From assembly GCA_963767925.1 (NCBI GenBank), contig CAVYGB010000008.1, positions 1,920,001-1,984,000 on the forward strand: a stretch of 64,000 nt of DNA, in the 5' to 3' direction. The position numbers and the translations under genes are program-made. This document shows positions 62,708-64,000 of this stretch, one piece after another. The notes beneath the pieces are model-generated. The model searched no databases. It worked only from the letters and a program-made list of their open reading frames with translations, and was not told the origin of the DNA. Origin of the DNA: an uncultured delta proteobacterium (GTDB lineage: Bacteria > Myxococcota_A > Polyangia > Fen-1088). Positions within the stretch are counted from its first letter, which is position 1. Every line of letters starts with the position of its first letter.

Positions 62708-64000
62708 GGGCGTTGGGCGGATTTGAAGCGGCCGGCGACCGGCTTACGGGAGCGTTTCGCGGCGGGTCGGACGTCCACGCGAGGGCGGATGATCGCGACC
62801 ACCTCCCTCTCGGGTTGCAGATAGTTCTGAGCGGCGCGACGGAGCTCTGCAAGGCCGACCGCGCGGATCTGGTCGGCGTACTTGCGGTAGGCCTGCCACC
62901 CCTGGCCGTAGGCCTCGTTGAAGACGAGCGCAGCGGCGATCGCGCTCTTGCGTTGCAGCCCGATGGCATGGGTCCCGACCAGGTAGCGCTGGGCCCGCTC
63001 GAGCTCCTCGAGACCGATGCCGGCCTCCGGCTCCGACAGCTTGCGCAGCTCGAGGCGCACGCTGCGTAGAACCTCCTCCACCTGGTCCGGGCTGGTGCTC
63101 ACGTAGATCGCGAAGTAGCCGGGGTCGAGGCCCTCGAGAGAAAACGCGCTGACCCGATAGGCCAGGGCGCGCTTCTCCCGGATCTCGACGAAGAGGCGCC
63201 CGCCCTGCCCGGACAGCACCTGGGCCAGCAGCTCGAGCCGGTAGCGGTCGGGACTCGACAGACTGGCGCCCGGGAACCCCAGCACCACGTGGGCCTGCTC
63301 CCGGGCCAGATAACGCACGGTCTCGCGCGGCGCCAGCACGGGAGGCTCGACGATCCGGGGGGGTGGCGCAACCTTCTGCCCGCCCTCTGCTCGGAGCGAC
63401 GACGAGAGCTGGTGGATGACCTTCTCGGGATCCACGTCGCCCACGATGGCCAGCGTCAGGCCTGCGGGGGTGTAGTGCTGCTTGTAGAACGAGAGCAGCC
63501 GGCGACGCGACAGCGCCCCCAGCGACTCCGCAGTCCCCAGCGGGTCGAGCCGGTAGGGGTGGCGGGTCCAGAGCGCGCCGTGAAAGGTCCGGAAGGCGAC
63601 GTGGGTGAGGTTGTCTCCCTGGGCCCGGAGATCGTCGAGGATGAGCCGGCGCTCGTGATCGATCTCCGACTGGGGGAAAGTGGCGTTCTGCAGGCAGTCG
63701 GTGACCAGCTCGAGGCCCGGCTCCAGGTGGCGGGACAGGAACTCGGCCTGCAGCCCCAGGCTGTTGCGGCCCGAGTAGCCCGAGAGCGCCCCCGCCATCC
63801 CCTCCACCTCGCGCATGAGGGTCTCGGCGTCGCGCGAGCGGGTCCCCCGGGTGAGCAGCGCCGCCGTCAGGTTCGAGATGCCCCCCACCCGCTCGTCTTC
63901 GTAGCGGAGGCCGCCCACCCAGGCCGCGCGCAGGGCGACCACCGGGACCGAGGGATCCCGGAGGATGAGGACCCGGGTGCCGGAGCGAAGGCGGTGCCGG
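62704..64000 (-). CDS. M16 (insulinase-family) peptidase, 5' part outside the window
   Basis: LLTRGTRSR, HPY....GT.ES, LAIVGDVD, GGRLFVEIREKRALAY; the ORF runs off the window end. Confidence 0.88.
   Translation of the reverse strand, partial: RHRLRSGTRVLILRDPSVPVVALRAAWVGGLRYEDERVGGISNLTAALLTRGTRSRDAETLMREVEGMAGALSGYSGRNSLGLQAEFLSRHLEPGLELVTDCLQNATFPQSEIDHERRLILDDLRAQGDNLTHVAFRTFHGALWTRHPYRLDPLGTAESLGALSRRRLLSFYKQHYTPAGLTLAIVGDVDPEKVIHQLSSSLRAEGGQKVAPPPRIVEPPVLAPRETVRYLAREQAHVVLGFPGASLSSPDRYRLELLAQVLSGQGGRLFVEIREKRALAYRVSAFSLEGLDPGYFAIYVSTSPDQVEEVLRSVRLELRKLSEPEAGIGLEELERAQRYLVGTHAIGLQRKSAIAAALVFNEAYGQGWQAYRKYADQIRAVGLAELRRAAQNYLQPEREVVAIIRPRVDVRPAAKRSRKPVAGRFKSAQRP

Overview
High-GC DNA that looks myxobacterial (Myxococcota-like), judged from Hanks kinases, an FHA protein, a PP2C-cNMP fusion and Pro-rich lipoproteins. 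Many 1-nt frameshifts, including about four in glnA, suggest an unpolished long-read assembly, so most pseudogene calls are provisional. The window has three zones. (1) 1-21.0 kb, an accessory patchwork: an FHA protein and a kinase/pseudo-cyclase/AAA/TPR gene (TIGR03903-like) converge on a LamG - ECF sigma - orf174 - prenyltransferase-like run, followed by transglutaminase, hflKC, dbpA, doxX/pirin/araC, TrmH, VIT1, DUF1080, DUF2293 and a DHFR-like gene. (2) 21266-41400, a ~20 kb island bounded by a 14-bp direct repeat (GTGACCCCACCGGG) matching the 3' end of tRNA-Glu(CTC). Its large serine recombinase takes its stop codon from the antisense of the tRNA. A decayed 3' end of a second, homologous recombinase abuts the left repeat. 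Inside are a ParE-type TA pair, two related tyrosine integrases (the intact one preceded by an atypical tRNA-Arg(ACG)-like element), two nested multi-gene IS21 elements sharing a Cys-rich ORF (one also carries a ParB-like gene), gene fragments and a putative His/Cys toxin. (3) 41.4-64 kb, core-like genome: tRNA-Glu/Gln, PP2C, CBS and TPR genes, comEC, a complete ebo cluster split as eboDEC><eboFBA, a sigma-70, a methyltransferase, psd, glnA, glnB, a histone-like-tailed protein, a CPBP protease and a partial M16 peptidase. All family calls come from motif recognition by eye; no searches were run.
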